Shown here piece after piece: positions 10,222 to 21,832 of a DNA stretch of 64,000 nucleotides; within the stretch, counting starts at the first letter, position 1, and the number at the start of each line of letters is the position of its first letter. The stretch comes from an uncultured Gemmatimonadota bacterium (GTDB lineage Bacteria > JAAXHH01), in NCBI GenBank assembly GCA_951812955.1, contig OX638340.1:288001-352000 (forward strand), written 5' to 3'. The notes below the pieces were generated by a model. It saw only the letters and a program-made list of their open reading frames with translations. It ran no database searches and had not been told where the DNA came from. Position numbers and translations under genes: made by a program.

Positions 10222-12012
10222 ATGAGCTCAGGAAACGGCTGGATCCGGGTCGGAACTACGACCGACATAGCGCCCGGGGAATCCCGCGCCGTTAGAATCA
10301 GCGAGGGCCGCAGCGTTGCCCTCTTCAACGTCAACGGCCGGATACATGCTACCGACAACCAATGTCCCCACATGGGGTTTCCACTGACCCGCGGCGTGGT
10401 GAAGGACGGCATCCTGACGTGCGACTGGCATGGCCGCAGTTTCGATCTGGAAGGCGGCGGCTGCTTCAATTACGAATGCGACGACCTGGAGACGTACCCC
10501 GTCGACATTCGAGGAGATGAACTGTGGGTGCAGGCCGGGGACGCCACCTACAAGCGGCGGGACCAGCACCTGCAACTGCTCTGGGAGGGCCTGCTGAGCG
10601 GGGACTCGTGGACGATTTCGAAGGCCACTGCCCTCCTTCTGTCCGGTGGTGTTTCAGAACACGACATCGTGCAGTTGATCTTGCGCCACCTGGGCCGTCA
10701 CGTCGCGTCGGAACGGGACGCGGGCGGCGGCGGCGATGTCGTTTCACTCCTGGTCTCCGGTCTTGAAGTCGGCAAAAGGTTTGACGGAGAAGACCGGCTG
10801 ATGGCGTTGTCGCTGGCCGGCCGCGCAGCGTCGGGTAGGGCGTCGGAAAGGCTCGAGGTCATTACGCTGCCCCCTCCCGTCCGCTGGGATCAGATAGACG
10901 ACTGGGTACGCATGTTTTCCCGAAACATGCAGGATTTCCGTATCGAACGGTGTTTGCACACGGCCTGCGAGAACGGCCACCAGGACCATATCTTCAAACT
11001 GTTGTTCGAGTGTGCGGTGGCGCCGTACTTCCTCGGATTTTCCCGAAACGTGGCCAGCCTGGGTGATCTCGCAAGGGTGGTGGATACCTTCGGATGGGGC
11101 GAGGCGTCCGAACTGGTCTGCAACCTCGGCGCAAAGATGACGGGCCGAGGGCGCGACGAGCCGGAGCGGTTTCACCGGGATGCCGTCCGGCTGCTCACCG
11201 AACTCGCGCCTGAACTGGAATCACATGATTACGAAGGGAACACGCGCACGGAATACGACGAGAACGCCCTCGTGGACGCCCTGTTGAGCGTCGATATCGA
11301 GCGGTCTTTCGAAGCCGTGACACGGGCCCTGCGGGACGGCGTGGCGATCGAGCGTCTTATCACGACCTTCGTGCTGCTCGCCGCCGACCGCATGGCGCGT
11401 ACGCCCGTGAACGTCGACGCGGGGTGGGGACCGCTGTCCACCGAGTTCAACCTGGCGGCTTCCCTGCGACATGTCCACGCATACGGTGGGCCCGCTGCAG
11501 CGGCGAAGGGCCTGTACCATGCGGCCTGGCAGATTTTCGACAACCGATGGATCAATATCCCCGCACGGTCGCTCGACGAACCCCTTCCCGCCCATCGAAC
11601 GGACACACCGGACGCGGCAGCCGCTTCGGATCTCATTGTCCATTCCATCAAGTCGCTGGATATCCACGGGGTGGGCGATCAGGTGGTGGGTTACCTCAAC
11701 AGCGGATTCGACGGGTCGGACCTGCTCAAGGAAGTGGGACGGGCGATCCTGTGGGACGATACCAACATGGAGCTCCTTCCCACACTGCGCGTCGCGTTCA
11801 ACGAATGGGAAGGTTCAGGGGGTGGCGCAGGCGGCGGAGACGCAAGCGGGGGTGGCGCAGGTGGAAAGGGCCATCCGTCCCGGTATCAGCTCCTGGTGGG
11901 ACTGGTGCGCTACGCCACGGATGTGCGATTGAACAAGAACAGCATGGCCTCCATCAACACGGCCATGCGATTTTCTGAAGGCCGGACGACCGTAGAGGTG
12001 TTCGACGAATAA
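10222..12012 (+). CDS. Rieske [2Fe-2S] domain protein fused to a ~470-aa uncharacterised C-terminal domain (paralog A)
   Basis: It has Rieske ligand motifs CPHMG...CDWHG in the first 100 aa. No signal peptide is present. The C-terminal domain has no motif I recognise. It shares long collinear similarity with the next gene. Confidence 0.8.
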   Translation: MSSGNGWIRVGTTTDIAPGESRAVRISEGRSVALFNVNGRIHATDNQCPHMGFPLTRGVVKDGILTCDWHGRSFDLEGGGCFNYECDDLETYPVDIRGDELWVQAGDATYKRRDQHLQLLWEGLLSGDSWTISKATALLLSGGVSEHDIVQLILRHLGRHVASERDAGGGGDVVSLLVSGLEVGKRFDGEDRLMALSLAGRAASGRASERLEVITLPPPVRWDQIDDWVRMFSRNMQDFRIERCLHTACENGHQDHIFKLLFECAVAPYFLGFSRNVASLGDLARVVDTFGWGEASELVCNLGAKMTGRGRDEPERFHRDAVRLLTELAPELESHDYEGNTRTEYDENALVDALLSVDIERSFEAVTRALRDGVAIERLITTFVLLAADRMARTPVNVDAGWGPLSTEFNLAASLRHVHAYGGPAAAAKGLYHAAWQIFDNRWINIPARSLDEPLPAHRTDTPDAAAASDLIVHSIKSLDIHGVGDQVVGYLNSGFDGSDLLKEVGRAILWDDTNMELLPTLRVAFNEWEGSGGGAGGGDASGGGAGGKGHPSRYQLLVGLVRYATDVRLNKNSMASINTAMRFSEGRTTVEVFDE

Positions 12013-12036
12013 CGAACAACGGAGAGGTAACGGAAT

Positions 12037-13788
12037 ATGTCAACGGAACAAAACGGATTCGTACGGGTGGCGGCAACGGACGAAGTGGTGGACGGCAAGC
12101 CCAAGGCCGTCAAGGTGGAGGGAAGGAGCATCGCCCTCTTCAAGCATAACGGGTCGGTATACGCCACGGACAATCAATGTCCGCACATGGGATACCCGCT
12201 CACGAGAGGGCGCGTTCGCAACGGCGTGCTGACCTGCGACTGGCACGGATGGAGTTACGACCTCGGCGGCGGCGGTTGCTTCACCGGCGGGTGCGATGAC
12301 CTGGAGACCTTTCCGGTCGAGGTGCGAAACGGCGACGTGTTCGTGAACGTAAGCGAAGGCGGATCAAAAAGGTCGGACGCACACTTCCTGCTCTTGAAGG
12401 AAGGACTCTATTCAACGGATCAGTGGACCATCTCGAAGGCCGTGGCCATCATGCTGGCCCGGGGCGTGTCCGAGACGGACACGTTGAACCTCATCATCCG
12501 TCACGGCGGCCGTCACGTCGCGACTGAACGGGGCGCCAACGATGGTGGTGGAGAGGTCTCCGATTTCATCAATGGGATCAAGGTGGCCCGACAGTACGAG
12601 AGCGACGACCGGATCATCCCGTTGACCTTTGCCGCCCACGGGCTATCCGGTCGCGCGGGGGACCGGCCGAGCATCCAGCGGCTGCCCGATCCGATCACCT
12701 GGGAGAAAATCGAGGGATGGATCCGGGTGTTCTCCAAAGACAAGCAATGGGAAGGCATCGAGAAGTGCCTGATCACCGCCCGACGGCTGGGTGGACACGA
12801 TGGCGAGATCCTGCCGCTGCTCTACGAATGCGCCGTAGCCCCGCATTTCCTGGGCAATTCGAACAATTTGCTCAACATCGGCTACATCGCGGAAGTACTC
12901 GAGGAATTCGGCTGGGACGAAGCAGAGGAACTGGTCTGCAACCTCTCGGCCAAGATCCTGGGACAGGAGCGGGGACTGCCCGACGAGATCAGGCAGTCGG
13001 CCATCGACCGGTTCATCGCCGACACCGAAACGCTGGATTCCATCGGCGACAGACCATCTGACGGTTCCGACGCAGCCTTCGACGAAGACGCCTTCGCGGA
13101 GGGTCTGGTCAGCGGCGAAATCGGACCGACCTTCGGCGTGGTTACCCAGGCGCTCAAAGACGGCGTTTCTATCGAGCGCATCGTGACGACCATGGTGGTG
13201 CTCGCGGCGGACCGCATGGCGCGCACGCCGGTTAACATGAACCCGGGATGGGGAGGCCTGGTCCGCGAGATGATGATGGCCAGCGCAATCCGAAAGGCTT
13301 TGAGGTACGGTGGGCACCGAGTCGCCGCCCAGGGTCTGTACCACGTCGCCTGGCAATTCTACGGCGACCGGTGGCTGAATATCACCCATCGTCCGTTGTC
13401 CGAGGCGCGCGGAGACTTGCAGCCGGGCAGCGCGGACGAATCCGAAGCTATCGAAGGCGTCCTTTCTTCCATCGAGCAGATCCAGATCAGGGATATCGGA
13501 AGACAGACCCGGGATTACCTGCGGTCGGGGTACTCGGGCGACGCGTTGCTCCGGGAGCTCGGTCTCGTGATCCTCAAGGACGACAACGGCCGGAACATCC
13601 TGTCCACGCTGCGTACGATCTTCGACGAATGGACCTGGTGCGAAGATCACCCTTCGCGCAACCAGTTGCTGGTCGGCCTCGCACGCTGGGCCACCGACGT
13701 ACGCCGCGCCACGGGAAGCCAGTCCGCCGCCGCGACCGCCCTGCGATTCGCCAAGGGCCAGACCGCGGTGGACCTGTACGAGGCGTAA
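12037..13788 (+). CDS. Rieske [2Fe-2S] domain protein fused to an uncharacterised C-terminal domain (paralog B)
   Basis: It has CPHMGYPLTRG...CDWHGWSYDL motifs and is collinear with paralog A (TISKA, ECAVAP.FLG, LLAADRMARTPVN, HPSR.QLLVGL.R.ATDVR blocks). It starts 25 bp after the stop of paralog A. Confidence 0.8.
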   Translation: MSTEQNGFVRVAATDEVVDGKPKAVKVEGRSIALFKHNGSVYATDNQCPHMGYPLTRGRVRNGVLTCDWHGWSYDLGGGGCFTGGCDDLETFPVEVRNGDVFVNVSEGGSKRSDAHFLLLKEGLYSTDQWTISKAVAIMLARGVSETDTLNLIIRHGGRHVATERGANDGGGEVSDFINGIKVARQYESDDRIIPLTFAAHGLSGRAGDRPSIQRLPDPITWEKIEGWIRVFSKDKQWEGIEKCLITARRLGGHDGEILPLLYECAVAPHFLGNSNNLLNIGYIAEVLEEFGWDEAEELVCNLSAKILGQERGLPDEIRQSAIDRFIADTETLDSIGDRPSDGSDAAFDEDAFAEGLVSGEIGPTFGVVTQALKDGVSIERIVTTMVVLAADRMARTPVNMNPGWGGLVREMMMASAIRKALRYGGHRVAAQGLYHVAWQFYGDRWLNITHRPLSEARGDLQPGSADESEAIEGVLSSIEQIQIRDIGRQTRDYLRSGYSGDALLRELGLVILKDDNGRNILSTLRTIFDEWTWCEDHPSRNQLLVGLARWATDVRRATGSQSAAATALRFAKGQTAVDLYEA

Positions 13789-13814
13789 CATGGGTTGAAT
13801 CGGTTGCGAGGTGA

Positions 13815-15122
13815 ATGGGCATGGACACCGATCATTCTGGCAAGCGTCTTTACGAATGCTATCATCAAGACCCCGACGAGGCCGACCGGATTCTGTTCGG
13901 ACGCCGTACTCACCCGGACCGTCGCGGATTCCTTAAGAACGCGGGCCTGGCGGCCATGGGCGTGCTGGTCGGCGCCGCGATACCCTTTCATCGCAACGTC
14001 CCTGCCCATTTCATTCCGGTCGTGCTCGCCGCAGAGAACACCATTCAGGGCAAGGACGGCCTGACTGTCCTCAACGATCGCCCCATGTGCGCGGAAACGC
14101 CGCCACACCTCCTCGACGACGCCATAACACCCACCGCAAGACACTTCGTCCGCAATAACGGATTGATGCCGGAAGACCTGGACGCATCGCGCTGGAAACT
14201 GGCGATCGACGGACTGGTCGACAGTCCGTTGATACTCACCCTCGAGGATCTTGAAGGCCGGTTCGAGGTCGTCACCCGGGCGTTGACCCTGGAATGCGCG
14301 GGAAACGGCCGGGCATTCTTCGACCCGAAGACGAATGGCGAACAGTGGACCTACGGTGCCGTTGCCTGCTCGGAATGGACGGGAGTGCGGTTTTCCGACG
14401 TACTGACGGCCGCCGGAATGAAGCGCGAAGCCGTCTACACCGCGCACTACGGCGCCGATACCCACCTGTCCGGTGTGGAGGCCGGACTTCCCATCTCCCG
14501 CGGCGTACCGATCGAAAAGGCCATGGATGGACACAGCCTCATCGCCTTCGCACAGAACGGGCGGCCGATCCACCCGACGAACGGCGGCCCATTGCGGCTG
14601 ATCATACCGGGATGGCCCGGGTCTTGTTCCCAGAAATGGTTGACCCGCATTGAGATTCGGGACCAGGTACACGACGGACCCAAGATGACCGGCTCGTCCT
14701 ATCGGTTGCCGAGTCGAAGGATCGAACCCGGCGAGGCCGTGGACGAAAAAGACTTCCAAATCATAGAAAGCATGCCGGTAAAGTCGCTCATCACCCACCC
14801 GGCGACGGGGCACAGATCGAATGACAGATCAGTGGAAGTACGGGGACATGCGTGGACGGGTGAGGGACGCGTCACCGCGGTTGATCTTTCGATCGACTTC
14901 GGGTCAACCTGGAAGCGTGCGTCGCTGGAGGAACCGGTCAACGCCTTCGCCTGGCAGAACTGGCGCGCTTCGTTCTCGTTTCCACAGGCGGGGTATTACG
15001 AGGTTTGGGCGAGAGCCACCGACTCTCTGGGCGTCAGCCAGCCCCACGCCATCGCGTGGAATCCGGGTGGCTACCTAAACAACGCCATGCACCGCGTCGC
15101 GGTGTACGTGGAATCTGAATAG
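13815..15122 (+). CDS. Sulfite oxidase-family molybdopterin oxidoreductase (Oxidored_molyb plus Mo-co dimerisation domains) with a Tat signal peptide
   Basis: It has a twin-arginine motif RRGFLKNAGLAAMGVLVGAA and the conserved Mo-ligand cysteine in LTLECAGNGR. It is 435 aa, typical SorA/SO size. It starts 27 bp after paralog B. Confidence 0.8.
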   Translation: MGMDTDHSGKRLYECYHQDPDEADRILFGRRTHPDRRGFLKNAGLAAMGVLVGAAIPFHRNVPAHFIPVVLAAENTIQGKDGLTVLNDRPMCAETPPHLLDDAITPTARHFVRNNGLMPEDLDASRWKLAIDGLVDSPLILTLEDLEGRFEVVTRALTLECAGNGRAFFDPKTNGEQWTYGAVACSEWTGVRFSDVLTAAGMKREAVYTAHYGADTHLSGVEAGLPISRGVPIEKAMDGHSLIAFAQNGRPIHPTNGGPLRLIIPGWPGSCSQKWLTRIEIRDQVHDGPKMTGSSYRLPSRRIEPGEAVDEKDFQIIESMPVKSLITHPATGHRSNDRSVEVRGHAWTGEGRVTAVDLSIDFGSTWKRASLEEPVNAFAWQNWRASFSFPQAGYYEVWARATDSLGVSQPHAIAWNPGGYLNNAMHRVAVYVESE

Positions 15123-15208
15123 ACCTGAACGATTCCTACCAATTCGAAAATGCCTTTGTAGTTACGACTATTCAATAAAGGGATTTGGATAGAAGCATTG
15201 AGTTACTA

Positions 15209-15238
15209 TTGACAATGTATCAATTTTGATACACATTG
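15209..15238 (+). promoter_or_regulatory. Putative promoter/operator of the toxin-antitoxin pair: TTGACA followed by an imperfect inverted repeat caatgtatca-N-tgatacacattg
   Basis: It lies in an AT-rich stretch immediately upstream of ATG 15249. Palindromic operators are typical for HigA/XRE antitoxins. Confidence 0.35.
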
Positions 15239-15248
15239 AAACTACGAC

Positions 15249-15593
15249 ATGCACATATTGCGCGTCGTTTTTTACACGACTAAAACAGGTCGCGAACCGG
15301 TTCGTGACTGGATGGCGTCTCTAACCCGTGACGAAAAGAAGATTGTAGGAGTGGATTTAAAAACAGTCCAGTTCGGCTGGCCTTTGGGCATGCCACAAGT
15401 GCGCAAACTGGATCGTGGGATTTGGGAAGTAAGGTCAGCACTTAAAGGGCGCATAGCACGAGTGCTGTTCACAGTTCAAGGTAACAGCATCGTTTTATTA
15501 CACGGGTTCATCAAGAAGGTTCGTAAGACGCCCTATCAGGATCTACGTCTCGCAAAAACACGATTGGCTACGTTGGGAGATACGTCAGGATGA
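15249..15593 (+). CDS. Type II toxin, RelE/ParE superfamily (gp49-like / HigB-like addiction-module killer protein)
   Basis: 114 aa. It has the motif pattern ...WEVRS..KGRIARVLFTVQGNSIVLLHGFIKK..KTPYQDLRLAKTRL typical of gp49/HigB-like toxins. Local GC is low. It overlaps the next gene by 4 bp. Confidence 0.7.
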   Translation: MHILRVVFYTTKTGREPVRDWMASLTRDEKKIVGVDLKTVQFGWPLGMPQVRKLDRGIWEVRSALKGRIARVLFTVQGNSIVLLHGFIKKVRKTPYQDLRLAKTRLATLGDTSG

Positions 15594-15877
15594 CTTCGGA
15601 TGACCGTCACATTGGAAGCGACTTCGATCTATACCTGAAGGAAGAAGGACTGATTGTAGAAGTTGAAAGAGTCGCGATAAAGCGTGCAGTCGCCTATCAA
15701 GTAGCTCAATTCATGTTGAATCAAGGTCTGAGCAAGACAGAAATGGCCCGGCGCATGCGCACAAGTCGCGCCTCACTGGATCGTCTTCTTGATCCTAACA
15801 ATGGATCTGTCACACTGCAAACCCTGGAACGGGCGGCCGATGCACTGGGACGGCGCTTGCATATCTCGCTGGTTTGA
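15590..15877 (+). CDS. HTH (XRE-family) antitoxin, HigA-like
   Basis: 95 aa with a helix-turn-helix segment (LSKTEMARRMRTSRASLDRLL). It is translationally coupled to the upstream toxin. Confidence 0.65.
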   Translation: MTSDDRHIGSDFDLYLKEEGLIVEVERVAIKRAVAYQVAQFMLNQGLSKTEMARRMRTSRASLDRLLDPNNGSVTLQTLERAADALGRRLHISLV

Positions 15878-15984
15878 ACGTGACCTCGAAGGACTTCTGT
15901 AACGCAGTACTGATCTAGTTCACCATCCTGCGAGTACTCAATGTTGTGATCGTCAAATCACTGTGGACGGTTAGTCTCGCCTAC

Positions 15985-16839
15985 CTACACGCTATCCACC
16001 GCGGGGCGCGGCAGATCGGCCCAATGGCCGGTGGGATCGGATCCCTTGACGATCACGCCTTCCTTGTTCCAGTTCAGTTCGGCGCGGACGGAAGCGGCGC
16101 AGAACCTGAGCGTCAGGCCGCAGCGGCGGCGGTCCGACGTGTTGAGTCCCGATCCGTGCAATAGCAGGTCGCTGTGGAGCGAGATCTCTCCCGCCTCAAG
16201 CTCGATATCTACCTCGGTCCCGAACATCCCCACGTCTTCCACGGTCTGGTTGAGCACGTTGTTCTCGGCTTCCTCGCTCAGGTGGTAGGTCAGGTGCCCG
16301 TGGTGATGGGATCCCGCCACGAAGCGCATGCAGGCGTTGCCCGTGTCCGCATCGTCGATGGCCAGCCAGGCGGTCACCGTTTTCGACGGCGAGAGGGGCC
16401 AGAAACTGGCGTCCTGGTGCCAGTTGACGATCTTGCCGTCACCGGGAAGCTTGCAGAAGAAATGGGCGCCCCAGCCCACGACGTCGTCGCCCAGGAGGTC
16501 GCTGATGTAGGCGACGATCCGTGGCTCGTTCATGATATCGTGGACCATGCCCGATTTCAGGTGGGCCGATATGATGGAGTAATTGTGGTCCCCCCGCGCC
16601 ATGACTTTTTCGATCATGCCGTCGAATTCATTCCGTATGTCGCCGATCTCCCCATCCGAGTAGATCCTGAACGGCTTCAAGTAGCCTTGCTCATTGAACG
16701 TGTCGATCTGCGTGCTAGATAACACGGCCGGATGCTCGTTGCGTACCGGGTGGTACTGCAGGTCGCGGGACATGCGGACCAGGTCTTCCGGGGTAGGCAT
16801 CTGCTTGAAACGGGTGTCCTGCAGGGTCGTCTGCGCCAT
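15985..16839 (-). CDS. Phytanoyl-CoA dioxygenase (PhyH) family Fe(II)/2-oxoglutarate oxygenase
   Basis: 284 aa with the HxD iron motif in WHQDASFWP and a PhyH-like C-terminal region (GSHHHGHL). Confidence 0.8.
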   Translation of the reverse strand: MAQTTLQDTRFKQMPTPEDLVRMSRDLQYHPVRNEHPAVLSSTQIDTFNEQGYLKPFRIYSDGEIGDIRNEFDGMIEKVMARGDHNYSIISAHLKSGMVHDIMNEPRIVAYISDLLGDDVVGWGAHFFCKLPGDGKIVNWHQDASFWPLSPSKTVTAWLAIDDADTGNACMRFVAGSHHHGHLTYHLSEEAENNVLNQTVEDVGMFGTEVDIELEAGEISLHSDLLLHGSGLNTSDRRRCGLTLRFCAASVRAELNWNKEGVIVKGSDPTGHWADLPRPAVDSV

Positions 16840-16878
16840 GGTTTTTCCTCCTGTTGGCCGTTGGCCCGATCGCCGTCT

Positions 16879-18057
16879 TCAGCCCTCGTTTTTTGTCTTC
16901 AGTATGACGTTCTCGGATTCCCTTTCCCATGTTTCGTTGTAGACCAGTGGCCTCGGTCTGCGCGGCGGGTAATCCGGAGGGGGATTATCCGGGTCGTTCA
17001 GCTCCAGGCGGTCGCGGCCCCGGGGCGCTTCGTACCAGTGTTTTTCCCGTTCGGCCGCTTCAATCTCCCTTCGGAGGATGAACTCCGCGTGATCGAAACC
17101 GGAGATCGCCGCGTCCGCCAGAAACACGCGGTGCACCTCGCGGCCGTCCCAGGTTTCCAGGTCCGGCAGGATCACGGGGCCCGTGCAGACCTGAAACTCG
17201 GCGTCTTCTTCGTTAATATTGATCAGATCCACAGGAAACTCAAGGGTAACCTGCATGTTCCGGTCCGCCCGGTCCGCCCGGTCCGCCTGGTCCGCCTGGC
17301 CAGCTTGGACTGTTTGGCTCGCCTGGCCTGCTTGACCCGTTTGACCCGTTTGACCCGCTAGGCCCGGCTGGTCCGGATCATGACAGACAGTCCAGGCGAT
17401 CCTGCCATTCATGAGATCCCGGTTGATCGTCGCGTCCACGACAGCCCGCGCGTCCGTCAGGGTTTCCTCGGAATCATACTGCCTGATATCGATTTCGTGG
17501 GCCTGGAATTGTTTTTCAAGCGGAGTACCCCTGTATTCGGCGGCCTCGTTACTCGGTCTTCGCGATATAGGGATGCTCTGACTTCGGCTAAACGCCATGC
17601 GCCATTCGTCGCTGGGAATCTGAAAGAGGTTTCGGCGGGCGATCGTGTATTCCGTGCGACACGGAGCGCCCAGGTAAATTTCGGTACGGTGTCCCGAGTC
17701 CAGGTCTTCCACGGTACAGGCCGCCTCGAGGTGGAACCGCACCTGGTAGGCCTGTCCCGGCACCCCGACAAAACCGCCCGTATACTTGTAGACCGGATCG
17801 GGTTTCCAGGGCGAGGATTTCCAGTGGAAAGAAGAGCGATGGAAAGCGATCATGGGCCTGGTCTTCGGCTTGGTCTTTGTGGCATTCGCATACCGGGCCA
17901 TCCGGGCTTGAAATGTGCTTCTCTCATTTGTACCGATTTGATGCGGCAATGTCCCAAAATGACCTATTCTACCCATGCAGGCAATACAAAACTGCGTTTC
18001 CGCCCTGCGGACCGCGACCGTGATTTTTGTTGCGAGCGTGGGGTCCGCAGGATACAT
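16879..18057 (-). CDS. Hypothetical protein with a central low-complexity Q/G/A/D/R linker encoded by 9-bp tandem repeats
   Basis: 392-aa ORF. The linker PGLAGQTGQTGQAGQASQTVQAGQADQADRADRADR is encoded by cggtccgcc x4 and ttgacccgt x3 at 17261-17358. It lies 40 bp upstream of the PhyH gene on the same strand. The N-terminal start is uncertain. Confidence 0.5.
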   Translation of the reverse strand: MYPADPTLATKITVAVRRAETQFCIACMGRIGHFGTLPHQIGTNERSTFQARMARYANATKTKPKTRPMIAFHRSSFHWKSSPWKPDPVYKYTGGFVGVPGQAYQVRFHLEAACTVEDLDSGHRTEIYLGAPCRTEYTIARRNLFQIPSDEWRMAFSRSQSIPISRRPSNEAAEYRGTPLEKQFQAHEIDIRQYDSEETLTDARAVVDATINRDLMNGRIAWTVCHDPDQPGLAGQTGQTGQAGQASQTVQAGQADQADRADRADRNMQVTLEFPVDLININEEDAEFQVCTGPVILPDLETWDGREVHRVFLADAAISGFDHAEFILRREIEAAEREKHWYEAPRGRDRLELNDPDNPPPDYPPRRPRPLVYNETWERESENVILKTKNEG

Positions 18058-18080
18058 TGGAAGTACGTTTCAAGAAGCGT

Positions 18081-18140
18081 ATGACGGCGCGCAACTCCGG
18101 AAAATGACGGCGCGCAACTCCGGAAAATGACGGCGCGCAG
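18081..18140. repeat. 2.6 x 23-bp tandem repeat (atgacggcgcgcaactccggaaa) in the aceE leader. Each copy forms a mini-ORF MTARNSGK* whose stop overlaps the next copy's ATG (ATGA).
   Basis: Read directly from the sequence. The aceE start context ggaaATGACGca at 18169-18180 resembles a further degenerate copy. Confidence 0.8.
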
Positions 18141-18172
18141 CCCTATCGTTCACATCGGTCCACGGACTGGAA

Positions 18173-20854
<2,682 letters not shown>

Positions 20855-20858
20855 CCGG

Positions 20859-20893
20859 CGTAACGCGTAACTCCGCGTAACGCGTACTCCGCG
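20859..20893. repeat. Imperfect 17-bp tandem repeat (cgtaacgcgtaactccg / cgtaacgcgtactccg) between the convergent aceE and thioredoxin genes
   Basis: Read directly from the sequence. It contains two ACGCGT palindromes. Confidence 0.6.
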
Positions 20894-20911
20894 TCGGCTG
20901 TTCAGGCGTGA

Positions 20912-21727
20912 TCAGGCGTACAAGGCGTTACTGAAGGCGCGGCGATACTGGCGCGTCGTGGGGTCGCGCTCACCGAGCAAACCGAAAATCGCCACGCAAC
21001 TCCGGCGGGCGCCGTCGTCGTCGTAGGCTCTATTCCTCTCCAGCACTTCGATGAAACGCTGCAGGGCAAGATCATATGCGCCCGACCTGAGGAATTCAAT
21101 GCCCTGGACATAGACCGGCTTGACCGGATCTTCCTCCAGACCTTCCGGCGCGTCGAGGTGAAGGAACAGGCCGGCTATGGTCCGCATGGCCTCCGCCGAG
21201 TCATGAAATTCCGTACCAGGTTCGATCGGTCCCAACAGGTCCAGGCTCCGGCCGGGGTCTTCATTCAGAATAGTGCGTGCCAGGCATACCGCCGCCTGTT
21301 CGTTGTCCGGCTCGGACGACAGGACTTCCTCGAGCAATTCGCGGGCCGCTGCCATATCTCCTTCTCCAAGACGCAGGAGCGCTACCTCCAGTTGTTGCGC
21401 GTGGGGACTCGGCAGCGCCTTTTTGAGCCACTGTTCGATCATGGGCTCCGGCAGTGCGCCCGTGAACTCGTCTCTTACCTCGCCGTCTACGAACATTTTG
21501 ACGTTCGGTATTCCCTGAATCCCGTATTGCCGGGCAATTTCCGTGTGAACTTCGGTGTTTACCTTCACGAGTTCCCACCGGTCCCGGCTGCGTTCGGCGA
21601 TGGATTCGATCACGGGTCCTAGCATCTTGCAGGGCCCGCACCATTCCGCCCAGAAATCGACCAGCACGGGGATCGTGCGGCTTCGTTCCACGACCTCTGT
21701 ATTGAAGTCCGAAACCTCGTAGTTCAT
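20912..21727 (-). CDS. Thioredoxin-domain protein with a C-terminal TPR-like domain (YbbN/CnoX-like chaperedoxin)
   Basis: It has a WCGPC active site near the N-terminus and an approximately 170-aa helical TPR-like C-terminal region. Confidence 0.8.
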   Translation of the reverse strand: MNYEVSDFNTEVVERSRTIPVLVDFWAEWCGPCKMLGPVIESIAERSRDRWELVKVNTEVHTEIARQYGIQGIPNVKMFVDGEVRDEFTGALPEPMIEQWLKKALPSPHAQQLEVALLRLGEGDMAAARELLEEVLSSEPDNEQAAVCLARTILNEDPGRSLDLLGPIEPGTEFHDSAEAMRTIAGLFLHLDAPEGLEEDPVKPVYVQGIEFLRSGAYDLALQRFIEVLERNRAYDDDGARRSCVAIFGLLGERDPTTRQYRRAFSNALYA

Positions 21728-21832
21728 CGCCAGTCCTCACCGGTTCACGGCGCGCTTGGTGACAAGCCGTCTGTTGACATACCTGTTGGCCGGGGTTATC
21801 TTTCGATGCGGTTTACCCGGGTGAACGGACCT

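Noticed and set aside
12643-14813. 382-aa and 388-aa minus-strand ORFs antisense to Rieske paralog B and the Mo-enzyme gene
   Set aside because: They are shadow ORFs of well-supported plus-strand genes. Their composition is arginine-rich.
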